From Thermodesulfobacteriota bacterium (GTDB lineage: Bacteria > Desulfobacterota_D > UBA1144 > Nemesobacterales > UBA2774): DNA of 64,000 bases. The translations under genes were made by a program, and so were the position numbers. Under the pieces are notes generated by a model. The model was given only the letters and a program-made list of their open reading frames with translations. It did not search any database and was not told the origin of the DNA. Of the stretch, positions 1 through 8,658 are shown in pieces. The DNA lies in assembly GCA_965223335.1 (NCBI GenBank), contig OZ244991.1, positions 324,137-388,136 on the forward strand, given 5' to 3'. Numbering within the stretch: position 1 is the stretch's first letter; the number at the start of each line of letters is the position of its first letter.

Positions 1-2
1 TT

Positions 3-545
3 TTAAAACTCCTCGATAATCTCTTTTATGATACTCGCCGCATTTTTAATCACATTTATCTTGCGTATCGTCTCTTGCGAGTGTTTCTCAGTGCCCTCCT
101 CAAGCAGTAGTTCCGTGCTCCCTATGATTGTAGCAAGTGCGTTTTCGGTATCCGAAATAAGCTTTCGCTCAATTTCGTTTTTATACAGAGCGATCTCGAT
201 ACTTGTGGAGAGGTCTTTCTCCTCAAAAGGCTTTAGTATATAGCCGTAGGGTTTTGTTTTCTTTGCACGGGTAAGCACCTCGGGGTTAGAATAAGCCGTG
301 AGATAAAGCACAGGGATGTTGAACATGGATTTAATCTCGCCCGCGGCCGTTACCCCATCCATCTTACCCCCAAGCATTATGTCCATAAGTACAAGGTCGG
401 GTTTATGTTCCCGGGCCTTCTCAACAGCAGCCTCACCTGTGGAAACTATAATGGGCTTTTTGTAACCAAGCCCCAAAAGCGTGTCCTCAAGGTCCCTGGC
501 TACTATCAATTCGTCTTCTACTATTAAAATAAGCACGTCCGACAC
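3..545 (-). CDS. Response regulator: CheY-like receiver domain plus C-terminal DHp/HisKA-like helical tail without phospho-His
   Basis: 180-aa ORF with stop TAA at 3-5. REC signatures are LILIVEDE, acceptor Asp in DLVLMDIML, LYLTAYS and YILKPF. The tail ISDTENALATIIGSTELLLEEG..IIKEIIEEF resembles an H-box/DHp helix, but the His position is not His. Confidence 0.85.
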   Translation of the reverse strand: MSDVLILIVEDELIVARDLEDTLLGLGYKKPIIVSTGEAAVEKAREHKPDLVLMDIMLGGKMDGVTAAGEIKSMFNIPVLYLTAYSNPEVLTRAKKTKPYGYILKPFEEKDLSTSIEIALYKNEIERKLISDTENALATIIGSTELLLEEGTEKHSQETIRKINVIKNAASIIKEIIEEF

Positions 546-568
546 TCTATTTTCTCCTAACTCCCATT

Positions 569-2077
569 TTATCGGGGGAATGTAATTTCAAAACAGGTTT
601 TTTCACCCGTCTCCATTTTTACTTCCCCACCCAGCTGCGCAGTAAGGTCGGCAACCAGTCGTAAACCCAGTGTTTCTGAGTTCTCAAGGTCAATATTCTT
701 GACAAAAGATTTACCGTCATTGCCAATCCTCAAACAAAAGGCTGTCTCATCCCTTTCAAACTCTATATTTATGTTCCCTTCCCCACCCTCTGGGAAACCG
801 TGCTGGATGGCATTCGACACAATTTCGTTAATCAATAATGCGCATGGTATAGCAGAGTTGATATCCAAAAGCACTCCCTCGGATCTGATGTGCAGACTTA
901 TATTGTCTGACAAGGGTGAGTATGACCTAATTAGGTCACGGGCCATTTTCTTTATATAGTGCGAGAAATCAATCCTCGACATGTCTTCCGAGCGATAGAG
1001 CAGTTCGTGGAGCATGGCTATGGACTTAATCCTGTTTTGAATATCCTCGCACATCTGGTTAACCTCGGGGTTACTCATCTTTCTCGACTGCAACTTAAGC
1101 AGACTCATTACGATCTGTAAATTATTTTTTACCCTGTGATGCACCTCTCGGAGCAACACCTCTTTCTCTTTTAGCGACGCAGTTGTCTTCTCTTCGGCCC
1201 TCTTACGCTCCGAGACCTCATGCATAAGCATGGCATTGGATTTCACAAGCTCCACGGTACGTGCGTACACGCGTTCCTCCAGCTCCTCTCTAGCCTCCTG
1301 GAGTTCGGCCTGCGACTTCTTGATGGCCTCGGTCTGCCTTACATTGCTAAGCGCAACCTCGATCTGCTGTACTGCAAGCTCAACGAGATCCACGTCGACC
1401 TCACTAAATGCGTATTTCTCGTGTGACTGTATTTGGATACAGCCTTCGACCATGCTCTTGCTAAACAAGGGGACCGATATGTAACTCTTTACCCCTATAG
1501 TTTTCTCCAGGTTCTCCGAAGACGGGTCAAGGTCTGTGTCGGGCACACTCCGTGCGGCGCCCTCGTTGATCGTTAACCATGCCGAGCCTTCGGGGTATGG
1601 CAGTCTATTTAGCTTGCTGATCTCGGTTTCTTCGTACCCGTAGCTACCTTTTAGCAAGAGATCATTGTGGTGTCTGAGATAGATTAATATCTTCTCGGCG
1701 TTAGACATATATTTGCTTATGGTTTCGACAGAGTTAATAAAAACACTCTGTAATTGGCTTGAGGAATGCACGCTCTTTGCAATCGCTCGTATAATTTCCC
1801 CATAATCTCTATTTGTATCTCCCTTTAGGGGTTTTGTCTTGGTTTTATGCCCCACCGGTTCACCCTGAGTACTCTGAAGCTCATCAATCAACATCTCTCT
1901 CTCATGGATCATGTCCTCGAGCTTTTTGCATTTTTTCTCTAATTCCTCGTATTTGGAAAAGAGATCTTCATTCGTGTCGTCTACAGAGACCGACCCGGTG
2001 CTCGATTCCACATTTAACCCCTTTTCTTTTCTACTCATATGATCCATTTTATAAGAGCTTTGTGTTTTTAATGACAT
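569..2077 (-). CDS. Sensor histidine kinase, coiled-coil + GAF-like sensor + HisKA_2/HWE-type H-box + HATPase_c
   Basis: 502 aa. H-box [23 protein letters not shown] is typical of HisKA_2. ATPase motifs are [20 protein letters not shown] and LGLRLV. It lies immediately upstream, same strand, of the receiver gene. Confidence 0.85.
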   Translation of the reverse strand: MSLKTQSSYKMDHMSRKEKGLNVESSTGSVSVDDTNEDLFSKYEELEKKCKKLEDMIHEREMLIDELQSTQGEPVGHKTKTKPLKGDTNRDYGEIIRAIAKSVHSSSQLQSVFINSVETISKYMSNAEKILIYLRHHNDLLLKGSYGYEETEISKLNRLPYPEGSAWLTINEGAARSVPDTDLDPSSENLEKTIGVKSYISVPLFSKSMVEGCIQIQSHEKYAFSEVDVDLVELAVQQIEVALSNVRQTEAIKKSQAELQEAREELEERVYARTVELVKSNAMLMHEVSERKRAEEKTTASLKEKEVLLREVHHRVKNNLQIVMSLLKLQSRKMSNPEVNQMCEDIQNRIKSIAMLHELLYRSEDMSRIDFSHYIKKMARDLIRSYSPLSDNISLHIRSEGVLLDINSAIPCALLINEIVSNAIQHGFPEGGEGNINIEFERDETAFCLRIGNDGKSFVKNIDLENSETLGLRLVADLTAQLGGEVKMETGEKTCFEITFPR

Positions 2078-2400
2078 TTAATTCCAAACCATATCTCGGT
2101 TCTTAACCACTTAGTCCCTTAGCTTGCATAATCAATAATTGAGCAACGAATATATATATTTAATATGTTGTAATAAAGACTTTATTTCAACATGGATAAT
2201 TATAACTCCATTGCGGTATTAAAGTTATAGATTGAGAGCAATCAGAAACATACAATTCTTATACAGAGTAACCCGCAATTAAATCGGGTGATACCCCAGT
2301 GCTGCTTTAATACAATATTTATTACTGATGGATGAGCCCGGGGATCTATAACATCTAGTAGAGGGGCACAATAAGCAATAATCGTTTGCTCATCATTTGT

Positions 2401-2452
2401 GGATAAAGAAAAGGCATGATGGATTAAAATATCCATCATGCCTTTATTTTTA
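2401..2452 (-). terminator. Rho-independent terminator downstream of the OMP gene (symmetrical, could act bidirectionally)
   Basis: Perfect 15-bp stem aaaggcatgatggat (2410-2424) / atccatcatgccttt (2431-2445) with T-rich flanks on both strands. Confidence 0.6.
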
Positions 2453-2478
2453 TATTCGGATTTTAAATACTCTTAATA

Positions 2479-3141
2479 CTAGAACCTAAATCCTAGTCTA
2501 CCACCGTATGTTCCAAAGGAACCGTTGGTTCTATCTACCCAGTTGTAGCGGCCTTCTACACCTACAAATACCTTGTGAGTGATATTGAAATCAACTCCGC
2601 CACCGATATGTAGACCAAGCTCGGCATTACCCTGTCCTGAGGGGAACCCGTTACGCTGTAACTCACCTGGCTGTGGAGCAATACCTCCTACGTTGTTACC
2701 AGGATGACTCTCGTTAAGAAATATGTTGAATCCAGGCCCGCCCACTAGATAAGGCTGTACAATCTTATGGGCTTCGATCTTATACTTGAGTCCCAGCAAT
2801 ATTGTTACCGTATCCAGGTTTACACTGGTCTGAGTCGGGAGTGCTCCCGGTACCAAGGCATTGGCAGTAGGCTGAAACGTTACCTTGTCGTCTGTGCTAC
2901 CCCAACCGATACTTACAAGACCCATTACTTTACCAGGCCCCACCGGCTTAAATAGCGGTATACCTAACTCACCTGACATATAGAATCCTGTACCTGTTTT
3001 AAAAGGTCCGGTCTGCGCACCGACTGTCACTGCAAATTCGCCTCCAATAAGACCCTCCTCAGCTTTTGCGGTACTAAATGCAACTAACATAGCTACTGCA
3101 AAAACAACAGTAGCTATATACCTCGGGCTGTTTTTAAGCAT
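2479..3141 (-). CDS. Outer-membrane beta-barrel protein (OmpA-like/OMP_b-brl family)
   Basis: 220 aa with signal peptide ..AFSTAKA/EE, alternating Gly/aromatic beta-strand pattern and C-terminal RLGFRF ending in Phe. SD AAGGAGG lies 9 nt upstream of the ATG. Confidence 0.75.
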   Translation of the reverse strand: MLKNSPRYIATVVFAVAMLVAFSTAKAEEGLIGGEFAVTVGAQTGPFKTGTGFYMSGELGIPLFKPVGPGKVMGLVSIGWGSTDDKVTFQPTANALVPGALPTQTSVNLDTVTILLGLKYKIEAHKIVQPYLVGGPGFNIFLNESHPGNNVGGIAPQPGELQRNGFPSGQGNAELGLHIGGGVDFNITHKVFVGVEGRYNWVDRTNGSFGTYGGRLGFRF

Positions 3142-3291
3142 ATGCTTAAACCTCCTTCATTTTTTATAGGGTTAATTAGAGGCAAGCTGAATGCCATTTG
3201 AGATATATTATTTAATATCAGGGAGTTAGCGAAGAAAATATTAGAAATCACAAAGAAATAACAACAAATATTGTCATAAAATACGACACCA

Positions 3292-3327
3292 GACATAAAA
3301 CAGGTTAATTTTCGTCCGAAACCTGTT
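3292..3327 (-). terminator. Candidate intrinsic terminator of the GTPase operon
   Basis: 8-bp stem aacaggtt (3299-3306) / aacctgtt (3320-3327). On the minus strand it is followed by TTTTATG. Confidence 0.45.
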
Positions 3328-3499
3328 GCAAACACTGTGATTAATGACGTAACTACCTGCAAAAGTATTGCTATAGATTATCAAATTAGGGACTACAGAT
3401 TATAGCTTTGGGTTAGTGAGTTGGAATTAGAGATCACAGCTAAAACCAAATATTTAGGTGGTATGGATTAATAAAACCGCTGCAGTGATTAACACAGTT

Positions 3500-4117
3500 C
3501 TATCTCTCTCTTAGATCCAGGTTATTAATCCTAAATCCTACTTCACTGCTATCCAGAAAATTGTTTACTGCATCTACAAAGGTCTCAAGCACACCGATAC
3601 CTAGACTCGCACTCGATGTAAAAAATGGGAACTGTATGCCTAATTTCTCATTCAAAAACGAAGTGATATCAACTGGTATATGCCCTACCAAATCGTGCTT
3701 GTTATACTGGATCACTAAAGGATAATTCCTCATTGAGTTGCAGCAATGCTTCAAGAGAATGTCCTCTAAATCATGAAAGGCTTCTACATTCTCCTCAAGC
3801 TTCTCGGGCCTAAGATCGATTACGAACACGACTGCGTCTGCATCGGACAATACCTGCTCTCTGATCTGTCTATAGGTTTCCTGCCCCGGGACTGAATACA
3901 CCGACACTTTTAAAAGATTCTTACCTTTGGTAAAAACCTTTTTAGAGATGTGGTCGAAGAACACAGTGCGTTCCCCCTCTTTGGTTAAAAACCCAGTGTC
4001 TATAGCCCATTTCTTGGCAAGCTCACGGACGTTTGTAGTTTTACCAACCTCGGGTGCCCCAGTATACACCAGTTTCATATTATAAAATTTTTTGCTTCCT
4101 ACCTTATGTACTTGCAT
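3500..4117 (-). CDS. mglA: MglA-family Ras-like small GTPase
   Basis: P-loop GAPEVGKTTN, switch I ERTVFFDH, switch II YSVPGQ, G4 VIQYNKHD. This is close to the remembered M. xanthus MglA (GPGLCGKTTN, DRTLFFDF, YTVPGQ, VIQYNKRD). I place the start at ATG 4117 (SD AGGTGA 5 nt upstream) rather than the GTG at 4126 in the ORF track. Confidence 0.75.
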   Translation of the reverse strand: MQVHKVGSKKFYNMKLVYTGAPEVGKTTNVRELAKKWAIDTGFLTKEGERTVFFDHISKKVFTKGKNLLKVSVYSVPGQETYRQIREQVLSDADAVVFVIDLRPEKLEENVEAFHDLEDILLKHCCNSMRNYPLVIQYNKHDLVGHIPVDITSFLNEKLGIQFPFFTSSASLGIGVLETFVDAVNNFLDSSEVGFRINNLDLRER

Positions 4118-4146
4118 TATAATCACCTATGTTCAGCGATGCATAT

Positions 4147-4644
4147 TCATCCCGTCTGTAGAATACTCTCCTTATTTGTATTAATGTCCGTAGGCATACG
4201 ATATAAGTAACAGATGACAGCAATACCGATCAACCCCATCGTAATTTGACCTATTATCATCGGGATAAAGAATATTATTGATGTACTCATCGTAACCGTG
4301 ATCAAAGCAATTGCATACAACTTTGTATTCTTAGGAATTACACCGTGTTTTCTCCAGTTGTGTATATATGATCCGAAAATACGGTTTGTCATTAGCCAAA
4401 CATAAAATCTGCGGGACGACCGCGCCCAGCACGCAGCCGTGAGCAACAAAAACGGAGTTGTGGGCAATATCGGCAAGAAAATTCCCAATAGACCTAATGC
4501 TAAACTCAGCATCCCACCGATTTGGAGCAGGACCCTGGTTACACCGCATTTTGCAAGCGCAACCTCTGCTTCGTAACACACTTGATTATCCTGGCTCTCC
4601 GCCTGTTGTGTAGTAACATCAATCAACCGCATTGTCTCTTGCAT
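4147..4644 (-). CDS. DUF454/YbaN-family inner-membrane protein
   Basis: LGIFLPILPTTPFLLLTAACWARSSRRFYVWL...NWRKHGVIP is the YbaN/DUF454 signature. About 4 TM segments. Overlaps the upstream gene by 22 nt. Confidence 0.75.
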   Translation of the reverse strand: MQETMRLIDVTTQQAESQDNQVCYEAEVALAKCGVTRVLLQIGGMLSLALGLLGIFLPILPTTPFLLLTAACWARSSRRFYVWLMTNRIFGSYIHNWRKHGVIPKNTKLYAIALITVTMSTSIIFFIPMIIGQITMGLIGIAVICYLYRMPTDINTNKESILQTG

Positions 4645-5606
4645 TCTCCAGTATGTGTATGTGAGAGCGTCCTTGCTTTCTTCAGAACCATTGCAAGATT
4701 AGCATCACACGGGACCAGCATACAGAGCACCGTACGCTCATCATTTCTCTGACGAATATATATATAGATATATGATTCCGTGATACACACCATTTCTTTG
4801 AAATAATGTTCCTTCGATACAACACCGTGTGCTCTTTTCCATATTCTCTCAATCTCAGAAACTTTTTCACCCTCGAATAGGCCTATTGCAGCGCTTGTGA
4901 TCACGTTAATTACCTCTACCGGGAGTTCTTGGCTAATCTTGACCGACAATAGATCAGAACTATCCAGATTAATCAAACCGCAAGCTATAACCCCAGGCAC
5001 ATCGTTAATACAATTTTCTACTATCGGATAAGGACTAGTACTTACAAGTGGAATAGTTTTGGATTGAGCAAGCTCGGGTGATTCGTTGAGAGTTTGTTCG
5101 GTGCGTGACTCAACTACCACGGGCGTTTCGTTTGTAGTATTTATACCGCTGTTTTGTTTAATAAAATCTTCGTAGTGATATACGAATTTTTCCTGCGCAT
5201 TAGTCTGGATGTAGCTCCTGTTGCGGCTTCGAATCTCTACTATTGCTTCTTTGGGGGTCCTACCCATAGACACGAGTGTACATGCCAGTATGGTTCCGGT
5301 GCGTCCGAGTCCCGCTTTACAGTGTACGAGCACAGGGACTCCGCAGTTTAGGTTTTTTACAATCTCGCTGCAAATCTTCTCAGCATTCCTGGGTGTTGGA
5401 ATACTCATATCGCGTATTGGAAAATGCCTGACATCAAACCCATTATCCAAGTATAGCGGATCAATTGGATCCTCAGTTAGAGTGACAATCAATTTTATTC
5501 CAATAGAGTCCAGGAACTCTATATCGTTCTCATGCACATCTATGAGACCTGGTCTCCCTGATCCGGCTAACTTTTTAGGTAGTATCCATTTGAATCCAGT
5601 AATCAT
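4623..5606 (-). CDS. Dual-specificity (Cys-based) protein phosphatase fused to a C-terminal Roadblock/MglB-like domain
   Basis: The N-terminal half carries the CX5R active site VLVHCKAGLGRTGT. After a Thr/Ser/Pro/Glu-rich linker, the C-terminal ~130 aa are paralogous to ORF 6645-7040. SD GAAGGA lies upstream. Confidence 0.7.
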   Translation of the reverse strand: MITGFKWILPKKLAGSGRPGLIDVHENDIEFLDSIGIKLIVTLTEDPIDPLYLDNGFDVRHFPIRDMSIPTPRNAEKICSEIVKNLNCGVPVLVHCKAGLGRTGTILACTLVSMGRTPKEAIVEIRSRNRSYIQTNAQEKFVYHYEDFIKQNSGINTTNETPVVVESRTEQTLNESPELAQSKTIPLVSTSPYPIVENCINDVPGVIACGLINLDSSDLLSVKISQELPVEVINVITSAAIGLFEGEKVSEIERIWKRAHGVVSKEHYFKEMVCITESYIYIYIRQRNDERTVLCMLVPCDANLAMVLKKARTLSHTHTGECKRQCG

Positions 5607-5632
5607 ATCGTTGTCCTTCGTCTATTTTATGC

Positions 5633-6427
5633 TCACGAACCCATTCTCACATAATACTTTGCTCTGGGGTGTGAGGGATTAGTAAAGAATTTATCGGCAC
5701 TTGCAGCTTCGATTATCTCTCCATCTACTATAAGAACAACAAAGTCAGCTACTGATTTGCTAAACTCAAGATTGTGCGTTGATAAAATAATAGTTTTTTT
5801 ACCTCGAATATCGTTTAATTTCGTTATTATCCACTCCATATGCTCTTCCCAAAGATTAGTATCGGGTTCATCGAGAACGAGATAGGAAGATCTATTACTA
5901 ACCGCAATTGTAAATAACGCTAATCTCTTCACATACTCCGGTAGCAACTCTAACGGTGTCTCGAGATCCGTTAAAGTTAAAAGAATCCGAGCCGCTTCCG
6001 GAACACACGTCCATGTGCGCTTGATTTTTTGTTTTATGTCACGTGTAGTGGGCCAACTTCTACTAAACAAATGATAAAGCGAAGCTTTTCCTAAATTATG
6101 TTTTTGAGTTAAGTATGATGGCTTACTATTTGGTAAAACTAGCATTCCCTTTCTAAACAGTTTATTGTTATCGTCATTGCTTTTTTCACATTCGATTTTT
6201 TTCTTATTATTATTTTCACGAAAATGGCAATCTTCGATTTCACAGTCTACAGCATCACATTGCCCGGCTAGTACTTTGAGCAAAGTGCTTTTACCGGCTT
6301 TACACAGACCCATCAAAACCGTTGTTTTCTTTTCGGGGAAATCAAATGAGAGGTCCTCAAATATATCGAATTGTCCATAACCAATTTTCACGTTACGTGC
6401 TGTTATCATTGTATTATTCCATCCCAT
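5633..6427 (-). CDS. PstB-like ABC-type ATPase with degenerate signature motif and Cys/Asn/Lys-rich insertion
   Basis: Walker A GLCKAGKST, Q-loop YLTQ, Walker B YLVLDEPD, H-loop LSTHN, PstB-like C-terminus FFTNPSHPRAKYYVRMG. The expected LSGGQ is replaced by LPEYV. An alternative start is ATG 6409. Confidence 0.65.
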   Translation of the reverse strand: MGWNNTMITARNVKIGYGQFDIFEDLSFDFPEKKTTVLMGLCKAGKSTLLKVLAGQCDAVDCEIEDCHFRENNNKKKIECEKSNDDNNKLFRKGMLVLPNSKPSYLTQKHNLGKASLYHLFSRSWPTTRDIKQKIKRTWTCVPEAARILLTLTDLETPLELLPEYVKRLALFTIAVSNRSSYLVLDEPDTNLWEEHMEWIITKLNDIRGKKTIILSTHNLEFSKSVADFVVLIVDGEIIEAASADKFFTNPSHPRAKYYVRMGS

Positions 6428-6644
6428 TCGTCATATATCTTATATGCAACATCCCTATTCCAATTCTGCCCATTCCCCAGATCAGGCATTATCAGTTCTC
6501 TTAATTCCAGTAAAAATGTTTTGTATTTAGGGCATTAAACCTTCTCAGCAACGCCGAGAATGATGTGATTTAATGCCCGTGTAGTCAATTTACTGGTTAG
6601 CTAAGAGAAACAACAAAAAAACTATAGCTAACACATCATAGGCA

Positions 6645-7040
6645 CTAAATAGTTTCGCTTGTGGCTATAGCCTTAGCCTTAGCCAATACCATACCTACGT
6701 TTGCATCTGCACTACATACAACACACATCACAGCTCTATCATTAGAATCCAAACGAGAAAAGTAATGCAATAGATGCTGTGAAAACACTATTATTTGATT
6801 GAAATAGTGTTCGTTTCCTTTCACACCTCTTGCCTTCTTGAAAATGTTCTCGATACTCACAACATTCTCGCCCTCATAGAGGTCCTTTGTGGCTGGTGCA
6901 AGAAGATCAACTACCTCTTGCGGGTGGCTGTCTACAGTCTTGATACCAAAAAGAATTCCAGTATCCAAATCGACTACACCTGCAGCTACAGCCTTAGGTA
7001 CGTCTTTCATACAGCTCTCAATGATCGTATCTACACTCAT
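6645..7040 (-). CDS. Stand-alone Roadblock/LC7 (MglB)-like protein, paralog of the phosphatase C-terminal domain
   Basis: Start moved to ATG 7040 (AAGGAGG 8 nt upstream). The track ORF extends to 7118. Shared motifs with 4623-5606 are DVP..A.G..(D/N)LD, EGE.V..IE.I.K.A.GV..EHYF, R.V.C....DAN..MVL.KA. The fold assignment is by pattern and context only. Confidence 0.6.
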   Translation of the reverse strand: MSVDTIIESCMKDVPKAVAAGVVDLDTGILFGIKTVDSHPQEVVDLLAPATKDLYEGENVVSIENIFKKARGVKGNEHYFNQIIVFSQHLLHYFSRLDSNDRAVMCVVCSADANVGMVLAKAKAIATSETI

Positions 7041-7415
7041 AGATAGATACCTCCTTAAAATTTTATTCAACATTATATCAAGCAACATCCATGCCATCAC
7101 TTGACTGTATGTAACCAATTATAATCATTGAATATAATCAATATGAGAAACTACAAAACAACAAGTTGTGAACCAATTTGGTAATGCTCAACGACAAAAA
7201 TTGTCATACGATAAGACATGACAATGAAGTATGTGAAAGTTTTAATATTGGTGAACTGCAGCACTTGACGCAACACCTCAACATCATTGATTAATACTTG
7301 ATATAGAGTGATAGAATTATGTCTTACAAGAAAGTGTCAGAATTTGCAACATGTAAGACGCGCCCGTAACTTTACCTCAGCACAACCTCAACCTAGAGCA
7401 AATTTCTTTTTTCAA

Positions 7416-7424
7416 TGATATAAT
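7416..7424 (+). promoter_or_regulatory. Extended -10 element (TGaTATAAT) for the cNMP-binding protein gene
   Basis: tgatataat lies 30 nt upstream of ATG 7454. The -35 is weak. Confidence 0.35.
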
Positions 7425-7453
7425 ATATGCGTATTCTATTAATAGCATAGGAG

Positions 7454-7933
7454 ATGCTTAGAATGTCTAACCTAAATAAAATACTTTCGGACCATTTCTG
7501 TTTCAAAGGGCTTCATGATGCAGATCTACAAAACATAATCTCCAGAGCCTCGGAAGTACGGTTTTCGGAAGGTGATTTCATATTCAGCGAAGACGATGTC
7601 GCCGACCGATTCTATATTATATTAGAGGGCAGAGTAGCCCTTGAGACCAAGCTAGCACCCGATAGAGACCCCATTACAATTCAAACACTAGGCGCAAACG
7701 ATGTACTGGGTTGGGCATGGCTCTTTCCGCCACATACGGCACACTTCGATGCAAGAGCGCTCGACGATACCCGTGCAATCTCACTCGATGGCGATTACAT
7801 CCGCAATATGTGCGAGGAAAATCATGACCTCGGCTATGAGCTCTTTAAGCGCTTCACGAAGGTGATGCAGCAAAGGCTCCATGCTGTTAAGCTTCAAAAT
7901 CCCGATATGTATGTAGTGAAATCTAAACCATAG
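7454..7933 (+). CDS. Single-domain cyclic-nucleotide-binding (cNMP/Crp-like effector domain) protein, no HTH
   Basis: 159 aa. Motifs FSEGDFIFSEDDVADRFYIILEGRVALE and GANDVLGWAWLFPP...FDARAL. No DNA-binding domain follows. Confidence 0.7.
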   Translation: MLRMSNLNKILSDHFCFKGLHDADLQNIISRASEVRFSEGDFIFSEDDVADRFYIILEGRVALETKLAPDRDPITIQTLGANDVLGWAWLFPPHTAHFDARALDDTRAISLDGDYIRNMCEENHDLGYELFKRFTKVMQQRLHAVKLQNPDMYVVKSKP

Positions 7934-8009
7934 ACTACACATACCGCCAATACCTGACGCCATCTGGTTAAGAGATACTATCCATATCAAATGGTGCAAG
8001 GGGTAATAC

Positions 8010-8429
8010 CTATGATATATGTGCGCTTACCTCATTCTTAATCCTATTGTAGACGGCACTAAGCCCATAAATGCGCCTTGTCCCCAGTTTTTGAGCCAAC
8101 CCCAACTCATCTAAGAGCGTTTCGGGGGCCTCAAGTACATCTGTAGGGCTAGAGCCGCCAAACGCATCCACAAGCAAAGACACAAATCCCCTCACAGCGG
8201 GTGACTCCCTAGGCACTTGGGCATGTAGCTCCACCACTCCATCTGTGACATCCACCCACAGATATACAGGTGTCTCACATTCCCGGACTCGCTTGGTCTC
8301 ATCGGTTGGAAGGTCTTTTAATACGGGGGGTAGATCGGGAAGATTGTCCGAGTAGTCTAGCAACATAGCCATGGTCTCCTCGGGATCAGCATCCCGGAAT
8401 ATCTCTATGATATCGTCTAGTTTACTCAT
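8010..8429 (-). CDS. sufE: SufE-like Fe-S metabolism/cysteine desulfuration protein
   Basis: 139 aa. Conserved Cys loop VRECETPVYLWV, then AVRGFVSLLVDAF and ..LGTRRIYGLSAVYNRIK, which parallels E. coli SufE. Confidence 0.75.
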   Translation of the reverse strand: MSKLDDIIEIFRDADPEETMAMLLDYSDNLPDLPPVLKDLPTDETKRVRECETPVYLWVDVTDGVVELHAQVPRESPAVRGFVSLLVDAFGGSSPTDVLEAPETLLDELGLAQKLGTRRIYGLSAVYNRIKNEVSAHIS

Positions 8430-8658
8430 GAGCCTCTTTTTGAGCCCTGCACAATTTGTTCTCTAAGGGATTATAGTATTAATAGAGCTCAAAATAGCAA
8501 TATGTTTGTTATTTCGCTAATAAATTCATATTTTTGGTATTTTAAAGCCTTAAACAGCAAATTATGCCTTCTTTTGCTTACTATTTTATGTTATCATAGT
8601 AAGTAGTGTAGGTGGGATACGTACACTCCGTTTAACAATTTAGGGGGTGAGATTATCC

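Noticed and set aside
2242-2439. 65-aa ORF in the AT-rich spacer between the kinase and the OMP genes.
   Set aside because: It has no RBS, runs into the terminator hairpin, and its composition is consistent with a chance ORF.
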